A DNA stretch of 64,000 nucleotides from Candidatus Binatia bacterium (GTDB lineage: Bacteria; Desulfobacterota; Binatia; UBA9968; CAXXLF01): assembly GCA_963664015.2 (NCBI GenBank), contig CAXXLF010000001.1, forward strand, positions 96,001 to 160,000. Reading direction: 5' to 3'. The notes beneath the pieces were generated by a model, which was not told the DNA's origin, did no database searches, and saw nothing but the letters and a program-made list of their open reading frames with translations. Position 1 is the first letter of the stretch. Every line of letters starts with the position of its first letter. This document shows, in pieces, positions 1 through 8,968 of this stretch. The translations under genes were made by a program, and so were the position numbers.

Positions 1-152
1 TTCATCAGCAGGCGACCGGGCAGCGCCTTAACCTCGCGAATGCCCAGACCACCCACCACCGAGGCTAGATTTTTCCGCAGCAGCTCGACGAAGTAGGAAC
101 GGTTACCGCGCTTCAGTGCCACCTCATGATAACGGACCAGCACCGCATTCAT
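1..152 (-). CDS. thiI: tRNA 4-thiouridine synthase ThiI, N-terminal part (runs off the window edge)
   Basis: Manual translation from ATG at 152: MNAVLVRYHEVALKRGNRSYFVELLRKNL, matching the ThiI N-terminal 'vrYgEialKgkNR..Fe..L..Ni' motif. Confidence 0.85.
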   Translation of the reverse strand, partial: MNAVLVRYHEVALKRGNRSYFVELLRKNLASVVGGLGIREVKALPGRLLM

Positions 153-181
153 GGATTCAAGCTAGCATAGGCAGTATTCTT

Positions 182-209
182 TTGCATCGCCCCCGCCTCG
201 TGCTAGGAT
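182..209 (+). promoter_or_regulatory. Putative sigma70-type promoter for the cupin-SnoaL-SDR operon
   Basis: TTGCAT-16 nt-TAGGAT with extended TG; GGAGG RBS before ATG 229. Confidence 0.4.
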
Positions 210-228
210 TCGGCTTGGAGGACCACTT

Positions 229-555
229 ATGGGAAAGTTCAAAAAGATTTCCGAGGCTAGCCAGTTCGCATCGGAGAAGATGAAAAAGAACGGTCTGTTC
301 GATACCGACCGGATGTTCTGTGACCTCTATTGCTTAGAGCCGGGACAGGCTCAGTCCGTGCATAGCCACGAGGGATCAGATAAGGTCTATTTCGTCGTGC
401 AGGGACATGGAATGTTTCAGATTGGTGACGAGGAGCGGGAGCTCGGCAAGGACGAGATCGCCCTGGCGCCATCGGGGCAAAAGCACGGCGTTAAAAATGC
501 TAGCCAGGACCGACTCGTTCTTCTGGTCTTCATGGCACCCAAACCGCAGCATTAG
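229..555 (+). CDS. Cupin domain protein
   Basis: HSHEGSDKVYFVVQGHG...APSGQKHG cupin motifs; GGAGG RBS. Confidence 0.85.
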   Translation: MGKFKKISEASQFASEKMKKNGLFDTDRMFCDLYCLEPGQAQSVHSHEGSDKVYFVVQGHGMFQIGDEERELGKDEIALAPSGQKHGVKNASQDRLVLLVFMAPKPQH

Positions 556-597
556 CTCCGAGCTTGCATGCCGATGGGTTCGGGGTTAGGAGTTTTT

Positions 598-1017
598 ATG
601 ACTCAAGAGCAGGAAGAGGTTGCCCAGGCTAATCTAGAGTTTTACCGGGCTTTCGAGAGTCTCGATATTAACAAGATGGAGAAGGTATGGCTCAATGAGA
701 GCTACGTTCGCTGCATCCACCCGGGTTGGGCGCTTCTGACCGGTTGGGACAACGTCATCACCAGCTGGCGCAATATTTTCCAGAACACTAAGGAGATGCA
801 CTTTCGCCTGACCGAGGTAACGGTTCACGTCCGAGGCTCACTGGCCTGGCTCACACTGTATGAAAATATCACCAGCCGTGTCGGCGAGGATAACGCAGCA
901 GGGGTTATTCTGACCACCAATGTCTTCGAAAAATGGGACGGCAAATGGTGGATTATCCATCATCACGGTGGGCCGACCATGGCAGCGACCACGGAATCCG
1001 AGACCACGCTCCATTGA
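598..1017 (+). CDS. NTF2/SnoaL-like family protein
   Basis: ANLEFYRAFESLD...CIHPGW...TNVFEK...WWIIHHH; start moved to ATG 598 after AGGAG RBS. Confidence 0.85.
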   Translation: MTQEQEEVAQANLEFYRAFESLDINKMEKVWLNESYVRCIHPGWALLTGWDNVITSWRNIFQNTKEMHFRLTEVTVHVRGSLAWLTLYENITSRVGEDNAAGVILTTNVFEKWDGKWWIIHHHGGPTMAATTESETTLH

Positions 1018-1033
1018 AAGGATTGAAGACATC

Positions 1034-1753
1034 TTGAAGTCATTTAACGGAAGGGTTTCTATCGTCACCGGCGCCGGCAGGGGGATCGGCAAGGCTATCG
1101 CCTTACGGCTCGCCCAATCGGGATCGAAGGTCGTTCTGGCCGCTCGCAGCGAAGCCCAGTTGGAAGCCGTTGCTGGAGAGATCAAAGGTCAGCAGGGAGA
1201 AGCCCTCGTCGTCCCCACGGATCTGACCCGGGATGAAGATATCGAGCGCCTTGTTGAGCGAACGGTAAAGGAATGGGGCCCCGCCGACAATCTCATCAAT
1301 AATGCTGGCTGGGGCAAGACGGCCTCCGTGGTCAAATCAAAGGTCTCCGAATGGGATCGAACCTTTCAGGTCAACTTGCGCGCGCCCATGGTGTTGAGCC
1401 GCCTGGTCCTCCCCGCCATGATGGAAAAAGGCGACGGCGCGGTCATAAACATTTCCTCTGTCTCAGGAAAGGCGGGCCACGCCAACGGCTCTGCCTATTC
1501 GGCTTCCAAGTTCGGCCTGATCGGCTTCAGCGAGTCCCTGTACGAAGAGGTCAGGGGATACGGGATTCGGGTAACCACCATTCTACCTGGTTTTGTGGAT
1601 ACCGAGCTCATTCCACCGGTGAAGCACCTGGACCGTAGCAAGATGATTCAGCCCGATGACATTGCCCAGGCAGTACTCTTCGTCCTCGCGTCACCCCCGA
1701 CCAGCTGTCCGGTCGAGTTGACCCTTCGGCCACAAAAGACGCCCTACAAGTAG
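1034..1753 (+). CDS. SDR family NAD(P)-dependent oxidoreductase
   Basis: TGAGRGIG, NNAG and YSASK motifs; probable TTG start at 1034. Confidence 0.9.
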   Translation: MKSFNGRVSIVTGAGRGIGKAIALRLAQSGSKVVLAARSEAQLEAVAGEIKGQQGEALVVPTDLTRDEDIERLVERTVKEWGPADNLINNAGWGKTASVVKSKVSEWDRTFQVNLRAPMVLSRLVLPAMMEKGDGAVINISSVSGKAGHANGSAYSASKFGLIGFSESLYEEVRGYGIRVTTILPGFVDTELIPPVKHLDRSKMIQPDDIAQAVLFVLASPPTSCPVELTLRPQKTPYK

Positions 1754-1757
1754 TCCT

Positions 1758-2423
1758 TCAGTCGCGCGTTTTTCTCTTTTTAAGCTGATTAGGTTTAAGA
1801 CCCTGGAAGGGTTCCTTACTCATGCGGACCACGTCGGAAAGGTAGTTGATAAACTTTACCTCAGCCCAGGAACCGTCGATCTCTATGGCGCTCAGCGAGC
1901 CGTTATCGATCCGGATACGCCGGAATTCATTGAGGGGCAACTTGAGGTAATAGCAGAGGATGGCGCGGATCACGTCGCCATGGGAGACAAAGAGGAGGCG
2001 ACCATTGGGGTACTCCCGGGAACCACGGCGTAGTGCCTTGAGTCCCCGCTTCTGCACCCCGGGAATGGTCTCACCGCCGGGCACGGCGGCGGTGATCGGA
2101 TCTTTTAGAAATCGATGATACGCCTCGTCCTTGATCAAGTCTTCGAAGGTGCATCCTTCCCACCTCCCAAAGGCGACCTCCGTCAGGTTTACGTCGGTCT
2201 CGACGGTGAGGTTTTGGCTGCCCGCGAGAATGAAGGCGGTGTCCAGAGTACGCTTCAACGGACTTGAATAGATGACCCGGACGTCCAGGTCGGGCAGAAG
2301 TTTGGCGATACGGCGAGCTTGTGCGGTCCCTTGCCGGTTGAGGGGGACCTCCTGCCGTCCCATGACGCGCTTCTGGTTATTCCAGGCGGTCTCGCCATGG
2401 CGCATGAGAAAAAGCGTTTCCAT
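1758..2423 (-). CDS. Histidine phosphatase (phosphoglycerate mutase family)
   Basis: RHGET, SSPLKR and VSHG motifs. Confidence 0.9.
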   Translation of the reverse strand: METLFLMRHGETAWNNQKRVMGRQEVPLNRQGTAQARRIAKLLPDLDVRVIYSSPLKRTLDTAFILAGSQNLTVETDVNLTEVAFGRWEGCTFEDLIKDEAYHRFLKDPITAAVPGGETIPGVQKRGLKALRRGSREYPNGRLLFVSHGDVIRAILCYYLKLPLNEFRRIRIDNGSLSAIEIDGSWAEVKFINYLSDVVRMSKEPFQGLKPNQLKKRKTRD

Positions 2424-2446
2424 CGGTTGCGTGTTTACAAGAATAC

Positions 2447-2484
2447 AAGAAAAGAGAGGCCGGGGTAAACCCCCAGCCTCTCTT
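2447..2484 (-). terminator. Rho-independent terminator after moeB
   Basis: Minus strand AAGAGAGGCTGGGGG-TTTA-CCCCGGCCTCTCTT followed by a T-rich tract. Confidence 0.7.
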
Positions 2485-2507
2485 TAGGTTCCGGTCAGTC
2501 AGGATTT

Positions 2508-3686
2508 TTATGCTGCATTCGACTCTGCGAGGCTGCAAAACTCCTCGTAGTCGATAAGCTTGTCAATAATAGGCTTTTCACCGCACACGGGGCATTCGGG
2601 ATCCTTCCTCAGGTTCAGCGTGGTGATCTCCATGGTGAGCGTATTGAAATGGAGGAGTTTACCCACCAGCAAATTCCCCTTGCCGAGAATGTACTTGATA
2701 GTCTCTAGCGCCTGGACGCAACCGATGAGACCCGGCAAGACTCCCAGGACACCGGCTTCGGCGCAGCTAGGCGCCATTCCAGGGGGAGGTGGCTCCGGAT
2801 AAAGGCAGCGGTAGCAAGGGCCGCTGGACGGATCAAAAACGGACGCTTGGCCTTCGAACTGGAAGATGCTGCCATGAACGTTGGGTTTCCCCGCGATCAC
2901 GCAGGCATCATTTATCAGATAACGGGTTGCGAAGTTATCGCAACCATCGACGATGATGTCGTAGTCTTTAATGATCTCCATGATGTTGGCCGAGGTCAAC
3001 TTCTCTTGATAGGTATTTATACGCACGTCCGGGTTGAGGGCCTGAAGCGTCTGCTTCGCAGACTCGACCTTTGGTTGGCCAACACGATCATTGTTGTGGA
3101 GGATCTGCCGTTGCAGGTTGGATATATCCACGAGATCGTGGTCGATGATACCCATCGTGCCGATTCCCGCAGCCGCGAGGTAATAGGCCGATGGCGATCC
3201 GAGACCTCCGGCACCAACCATCAGAACCTTGGCGTCAAGAAGCTTGGCTTGGCCCTCCTCGCCGACCTCAGGAAGCAGGAAGTGGCGGCTGTAGCGCTCT
3301 AGCTGCTCGGTTGTGAACTGGCGGTCCTTTACTTCCTTGAAACCCGCCGCCTTCCAGGCTGAATAGCCGCCCGACATTGAGATGACATCCTCGTAGCCCA
3401 TCTCCTTCATGTCTTTGGCTGCCAGGAGAGAACGTACACCACCTGCGCAGTAAGCGATGATCGGGATCTGTTTATCGGGAACTGTGCCTTCTACCTGGAT
3501 CTCTAAAAAGCCACGGGGTAGGGAAACGGCGCCTTCAAGGTGCCCGGCACGGTACTCTTCCTTCTCACGGACATCCAGCAAGAGGTATTCCGCATTTTTC
3601 GACACCAGGTCGTTAACCTGCTGAACATTGAGCTCCTTGACCTCTTTTCGGGCCTCACTCATGAGCTGGTCAAAGGTTTTAGCCAT
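2508..3686 (-). CDS. moeB: MoeB/ThiF-family adenylyltransferase with N-terminal rhodanese domain
   Basis: Rhodanese (DVRE...GHL, YCAGGVRS) followed by RYSRH, GAGGLGS, SNLQRQ, CYRC...SCAEAGVLG, CPVC. Confidence 0.9.
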   Translation of the reverse strand: MAKTFDQLMSEARKEVKELNVQQVNDLVSKNAEYLLLDVREKEEYRAGHLEGAVSLPRGFLEIQVEGTVPDKQIPIIAYCAGGVRSLLAAKDMKEMGYEDVISMSGGYSAWKAAGFKEVKDRQFTTEQLERYSRHFLLPEVGEEGQAKLLDAKVLMVGAGGLGSPSAYYLAAAGIGTMGIIDHDLVDISNLQRQILHNNDRVGQPKVESAKQTLQALNPDVRINTYQEKLTSANIMEIIKDYDIIVDGCDNFATRYLINDACVIAGKPNVHGSIFQFEGQASVFDPSSGPCYRCLYPEPPPPGMAPSCAEAGVLGVLPGLIGCVQALETIKYILGKGNLLVGKLLHFNTLTMEITTLNLRKDPECPVCGEKPIIDKLIDYEEFCSLAESNAA

Positions 3687-3887
3687 AGCCCCTCCTTAAT
3701 AAATTATAAGCCTACTAATTAACTAGCTTTTCATAGAAGCTGGACTTAGTAGACCTAAGATAAGGCGGATTGCCTTATATGGCAAGGTTCTAGACATATC
3801 CGCTCGGAATTTACACCTAATATTGACCACTTTAAATTTAACACTTTCGGGTTCCAAAAACCACTTGTTAAATCCAGTTTGTATTCA

Positions 3888-4025
3888 ATCGCCTGCAGGA
3901 TCGCCGGGTTGACCACGATAATGTAGGAAATGGTCATGTAAGGTGGTAACCCCCGCAACGATTTCGCGCCGGGAATTCGCCCCGTTACTCTCGAAGTCGA
4001 AGTACTTCCGAATGCCGTTCAACAT
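3888..4025 (-). pseudogene. NCS2 (AzgA/PbuG-like) nucleobase permease, N-terminal remnant
   Basis: ATG 4025: MLNGIRKYFDFESNG..., shifted frame REIVAGVTT, then MTISYIIVVNPAILQA, the NCS2 N-terminal signature; similarity ends abruptly. Confidence 0.7.
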
Positions 4026-4158
4026 GGAATAAAACCCCAGGGCAAAAAAATTAGTCAAAGCCCCAACCGGGTGTCAATAATTTATTAATCAGGTAGGAAG
4101 GAAACACCATTGACTATTGCCTTGCCGGAACCCCTGATGCTAAGCCTTGAATATTGCC

Positions 4159-4392
4159 ATGACTGTATGCAAACATACCAGCCTCGACTTATTGCCCGGA
4201 CCGAAGGGTAGGCTTCGGTGCCGTCGTTGCTATCTGACGATCGAAAAGCACGAGCTCGGCGAGAGCTATTGCCCCGAGTGCTTCGAGAGCAGCGGCAAGA
4301 AACGGTATGATTTCGAAGACGTTCAGACGACCGGATCAGAACCGACCCGATACCGGTGCGAAGAATGCGGCGTGATCGTTGAATGTGAATAG
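4159..4392 (+). CDS. Small Cys-rich (zinc-ribbon-like) hypothetical protein
   Basis: CKH, CRRC, CPEC and CEEC motifs in 77 aa. Confidence 0.7.
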   Translation: MTVCKHTSLDLLPGPKGRLRCRRCYLTIEKHELGESYCPECFESSGKKRYDFEDVQTTGSEPTRYRCEECGVIVECE

Positions 4393-4632
4393 GCCGATCC
4401 CCCAAGCGGTTAATCATAATAGGAACAGCACCCTTTTAGCTGCCGGTAGGGGGATTAAGTAAGTTAATAATTCCTTTCAATATTCAGCCCCTATCCCATG
4501 TTTCTTAAGTTTAACTTTTCAATTGTATTTCGAGGGATTAGGCTTAGATTTTTCATTATAGGCCAATCCGACAGAACGTGACATACTGACATAAGACAGC
4601 GCATCGCAATTGAACAGCAACCCACATCCGAT

Positions 4633-5110
4633 ATGAACGAAGACAAGCGCCAGCAGGCGGAAAGGCGGTTGAAGGTAATCTCGGATTGGGGGCAATTTTT
4701 GGAACATAGCCCGGGTGTCGGTGAAATAAGGGATGCTTCAGAATTGCCGCACCCCAAGAAAGAAATCTTGGTTGCTATATGTCTTGAATTGCTTCGAGAT
4801 AACGATGACGACCGCCGAGAAGTACTAAAGGCTGGAGCGATTTTTCTTGTCAATTTTCAGGATGGAGTCGGAACAGAACCGCTGAGTATGTTGGGAATTT
4901 CCGTCGAAGAGATGGCGCACTCCGCTGAATCCGAGGATGCGCTGCTGGCGCTGCTGCCAAGAATAGCAAATAACCCAAACCGAGGAAGATATGAAACCTT
5001 ATAAGGCTTTAGCCGACGAGGAAAGCACATCGATACAAGCAAAGCTGGCAGCAGCGGAACTGTTGGGGCAGCAGATGCGGGAGGACAAGAAGCGGGAAAT
5101 TTTGGGCTAA
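4633..5110 (+). pseudogene. Hypothetical protein, frameshifted near its 3' end
   Basis: ORF 4633-5004; removing one T at about 5000 continues YKALADEESTSIQAKLAAAELLGQQMREDKKREILG* to 5110. Confidence 0.55.
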
Positions 5111-5156
5111 GAGAAAAGGTTCATATTAGCCCCAATTTCTTCTGTTCCCGCAGCAT

Positions 5157-5173
5157 TGCAAACGCAATGCCAA
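5157..5173 (-). promoter_or_regulatory. Sigma54 (-24/-12) promoter-like motif with no obvious target gene
   Basis: Minus strand TTGGCATTGCGTTTGCA (GG-N10-GC). Confidence 0.4.
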
Positions 5174-5384
5174 ACTGAACCACCATTTCAACCGCCATTA
5201 TACAAACAAAGACAGCGGCTAAATCCAGCAAGCTGGAGCGGGAAAATACAGCCATCAGGGCAATAACAAGGGTATATGCCGGTCAGCATATAACTTGTCA
5301 GGCGCACACATAGAGTAAATACAATAGGAGCAGCGAATAGTCACACTTGTTCAGGAGTCATGGAAAGAAGTCGCCTCGATTGCA

Positions 5385-5545
5385 CCGATGGTGTTCAGGA
5401 GTCGCACTGCAAAGCAGTTGGCGCTGCACTTCTCAAGACGCGCGAGCAAGGCTTGGGCGAAGATTCTGAGCAATCTGTCAAAGACGCATGGACAAGCGTA
5501 TACAGCGCCACGGCGAACGTCATGTTTGCTGCATCAAAACCCTGA
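5385..5545 (+). pseudogene. Bacterial globin (single-domain/flavohemoglobin-type) C-terminal remnant
   Basis: GVQESHCKAVGAALLKTREQGLGED...VKDAWTSVYSATANVM resembles globin G/H helices; N-terminal part absent. Confidence 0.7.
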
Positions 5546-5617
5546 GCCTAACAATTAAATCGAGCGGAAACTGCCCGCTTATGCCAGACGTTGGATGGCT
5601 TTAACGGAGCATATGAT

Positions 5618-5995
5618 TTGAATGAGGATATCAAAAAGGTAGTGAGGATGTTTCCAAGCATTGAGGCTGCAAATGCTGCAGTGGGCATCCTCATGGCTGA
5701 TGGAATCGAGACGGTGATCAAGTCGAATGATTCCGAAGGTGGGCTCCCACCGTTACAGTCATCCAAGGGGGGACCGATACTGGTCAAGGCAGTCGATGAG
5801 TTCAGAGCCAGAAGAATTCTCGCCATAGCATGGCCAAGCACAGAAACAGATAGCGAGGATGATTGGGCGCCCGAGATGTCAGGACTTCTCAAACGCTCAC
5901 GGAGGCGAGCTCCCGTCATCGCCGGGTGATTGTTCGTCGTGTTTTTTGTAATCCCGCTTAACATTGCCGTAATTATCGCGCTTGCAGTCTCTTGA
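5618..5995 (+). pseudogene. DUF2007-like (putative signal-transducing) protein with an internal TGA before its C-terminal TM helix
   Basis: FPSIEAANAAVGILMADGIE pattern; after TGA 5927-5929 the frame continues LFVVFFVIPLNIAVIIALAVS*. Confidence 0.55.
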
Positions 5996-6347
5996 GAGAG
6001 AGCGCCCACTCATAATTTCTATCCTAGTTGATTTCCATTCTTAAAACCTTTTTTTGTATCTAACTGAAATTGAAGTAAAATATGATTTAATTGCTAAACA
6101 GGTTCGTATCTGCGGTTCGGCTCCTGCGTGCCGCCAAACTCAATCACTTTGAGAATCAGGAGTTTAATTGGAGATGCCGTCTGACGGCCAGTTTATAAAC
6201 CCCATGGCTAAACAAAGCCAAAAGGCAAAAAAACCAAGGCCAGCACCAACGGAAAGAGGGCGAACGTATCCGCGGTCGAATTTATCCTCAAATGGATCGG
6301 TCCATTTCGGATCGACGGGTAATTTTTCACACCTCACAGGGAGAAGT

Positions 6348-6613
6348 ATGAATTGGAAACCGCCTTTATCGGTGCAGGCTTTTTACAGCTGGTAATCGGA
6401 TCTTTGGCTTTTTTTCTGCCGCATAAAAGGATGGTCCGTTGGGCTATCGAGTCCAGAGAGAAGTTGATGGAACGGTATATGACCAGAGGCGACGAGAAAA
6501 TGGTTCTCGGGCTGTCACGAGAGATCGCTGCCGTAGAGGCAACGTCCCCACTTTATTCAAAGATTTGTATCGGGATCGGTGCACTCCTGCTTGCCACAGC
6601 TCTCTTATTCTAA
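6348..6613 (+). CDS. Small hypothetical membrane protein (possible 1-nt frameshift just after ATG 6348)
   Basis: Two hydrophobic segments; GGAGA RBS plus ATG AAT TGG AAA is out of frame by one base with ORF 6353-6613. Confidence 0.45.
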
Positions 6614-6701
6614 AAAAGGGCCAGGCCAAGCAGCCCCTCCCACTCCACCAAGGAGTCGATTGTCAAAAGCAAATTCCACAGCCCTTAGGTTTGGAACGGG
6701 T

Positions 6702-7619
6702 CTATGAGGCTCGATCCACCAAGCCCGGATTGGTGAGCAAATTCCCCGTTAGTTCGAACGCGCGTTGGAGCCGCTGGATTCCGAATCCGGTCAGTGCGAG
6801 ACCTAACATATCCAACGCCAGTGGGTGAAATTGAAGCCCGGTCTCGATGGCCGTAAAACCAGGGATTGGGGGTAGAGCGAACATAGCAACCAGTGGTAGC
6901 AGGTTAAAAGAAGCATGCCCAAGTAGACAGGGGAGCAGGGAGCCGGTCTGAGCGTACCACCAACCCAGGATCGAACCGATGAATATGGCACCGGTTATCT
7001 GCCAAGGGTTGACGTGAAACAGCCCGAACAGCACGGCTGACAGGGCGACCGCCTTCATCACGGGTAAGCGTCGAAGAAACCCGCGCAGGATAATACCACG
7101 GAAGAGCAGCTCCTCGGTCACCGGTGCTACAATGATAAGAAGGAAGAAACTGGCCACCGGATTGATCTGGGTACTCAGGTACAACCGGGATAGGTCAAAA
7201 CTCGCTGGAGGGGGCCCCAACAGATACCGGAGCAGGTTATCGGCCTCAGAAGCAAGGATGCTCGAGCCCAAAATCACCGCAGCCATAGGCCCCATAAGAG
7301 CAGAGTCGACCCTCCTGATGCGAAAAACCTGCTTGACCGTGGCGCCAGTCCGCTCGAAACCGAACCAAGTGAGGCTTCCCAGAACGATGATATTGACCAG
7401 TCCAAGCACCCATGGATTGCGCTCGGCTCCGGGTAAGTAGACGGCAATTACAGAGATAGCAAGGATCAGCAGGAAGAACCCGGCGAGCAGCAGCAAAACG
7501 GCCTGTCTCAATCCGGGGTAGGAGGGGATCACGGAAACCTCGGAAGGCCTCTTATCGGTAGGCTGGGTAGGAGCAGCCTGACTGGGATCAACCGTGTCGG
7601 GTTCCTCACTTTTGGGCAT
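6702..7619 (-). CDS. CPBP (CAAX/Abi) family intramembrane metalloprotease
   Basis: EELLFRG, FGLFH and GHASFN motifs; multiple TM segments. Confidence 0.9.
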   Translation of the reverse strand: MPKSEEPDTVDPSQAAPTQPTDKRPSEVSVIPSYPGLRQAVLLLLAGFFLLILAISVIAVYLPGAERNPWVLGLVNIIVLGSLTWFGFERTGATVKQVFRIRRVDSALMGPMAAVILGSSILASEADNLLRYLLGPPPASFDLSRLYLSTQINPVASFFLLIIVAPVTEELLFRGIILRGFLRRLPVMKAVALSAVLFGLFHVNPWQITGAIFIGSILGWWYAQTGSLLPCLLGHASFNLLPLVAMFALPPIPGFTAIETGLQFHPLALDMLGLALTGFGIQRLQRAFELTGNLLTNPGLVDRAS

Positions 7620-7894
7620 AAATATTATTTTTGAATAGTTTCAAATGGTTAGAAAGGGAGATCTAGAGCCTTACCCGGGCCTCATTAGCGTCTAATTTCT
7701 TTGAGTTTTACCATTTGGGCTAGCCAACCGATAAATCGGATAAATGGAATAGGAAAGAGATTAATAGCAAATAGAGGATCCCGTGGACGAGGATTGCCTC
7801 TTCCTTTTGGTGGGGATCTCTCCTCCCAGGCATCACTTCCGGGCGAGCGAATAGACCTTGGATAATACGGCCACAAACTGCACGGGGGTGCTGT

Positions 7895-8956
7895 TCAGTT
7901 CCACATGGTGATACCCATGAGTAGTCGGCCCTTCTCCAGATCCTCCATGGCCTGATTGATCTCAGAGAAATCGTACTTCTTGGAGAGCAGCGACTTCACG
8001 TCGATCCTTCCATCCCCGGCTATTTTTAGCACTTCGTTAACATCGTTCGACCTGCGGCTTTGAATTCCCGTCACCTTGATCTCGTTAAAGGCAAACCGGG
8101 CATTGCTAAAGGTGATGGGTCTCGCTCCTAGCCCGCCGACGATCACAGCGGTACCACCGGGGCAGGTGGCATTGACGATCTGATCAGCGGTCTTTACATT
8201 TCCGATACACTCGAAAGATTTGTCAGCCCCCCCACCGGTGATATCCTTGACCGCCTCCACCGGGTCTTTTACCTTACTGGCGTCGACCGTGTGGGTGGCT
8301 CCGAACCTCTTGGCCGCCTCAAGCTTTTCTGCAATTAGGTCCACGGCAACAATCGGGTAGGCACCGAAGAGTTTGAGGAACTGGATCGTATTTAAACCCA
8401 CACCTCCGCAACCGATAACAAGGCTCGAGTCTCCCGGTTCGAGTTCGGCGCCGTGCTTCACCGCGTTGTAAGCGGTGGTCACGCGGCAGCCTATGAGGCT
8501 CGCCTCTTCCAAACTCACGCCATCGGGAATCTTGTTAACCATGTAGCCAGGGGCAGGGACGTACTGGGAAAAGCCACCCACGTTCCAGGGATAGACCAAC
8601 CCTCCGTCTTTCTTCTTGAGCGGCGCGGGCTTAGGGCGGCTACGGCAGATGTTCTCTCTTCCAGCCATACAGTAACGGCACCGGCCGCATTTGTATCTCA
8701 TCCCCACAATGACCCGGTCGCCTTCCTTAAAGGCCGACCGCTGGTCTTTCCCTACCTGGTCAATGGTCCCGGAGACCTCGTGGCCTAACAATGACGGAGA
8801 CTGAAAGGGAGTACTTCCTTCAACGGCTTTGAGGTCCGTATGACAAACTCCGCAGGCAGCAACCCGGATCAGAACGTCACCATCACCGATGGACGGGGTC
8901 TCCATTTCTTCGATTTGTAACGGTTTGCGCGCTTCGTAGAGTACTGCAGCTTTCAT
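7895..8956 (-). CDS. Zn-dependent alcohol dehydrogenase (MDR family)
   Basis: CHTD, GHE, CGRCRYC...C and GCGGVG motifs. Confidence 0.9.
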   Translation of the reverse strand: MKAAVLYEARKPLQIEEMETPSIGDGDVLIRVAACGVCHTDLKAVEGSTPFQSPSLLGHEVSGTIDQVGKDQRSAFKEGDRVIVGMRYKCGRCRYCMAGRENICRSRPKPAPLKKKDGGLVYPWNVGGFSQYVPAPGYMVNKIPDGVSLEEASLIGCRVTTAYNAVKHGAELEPGDSSLVIGCGGVGLNTIQFLKLFGAYPIVAVDLIAEKLEAAKRFGATHTVDASKVKDPVEAVKDITGGGADKSFECIGNVKTADQIVNATCPGGTAVIVGGLGARPITFSNARFAFNEIKVTGIQSRRSNDVNEVLKIAGDGRIDVKSLLSKKYDFSEINQAMEDLEKGRLLMGITMWN

Positions 8957-8968
8957 AATCCCAACCTC

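Noticed and set aside
5927-5929. TGA in the DUF2007-like gene as selenocysteine
   Set aside because: Lies at the start of a TM helix with no redox motif and no clear SECIS-like hairpin; a Trp nonsense change is more likely
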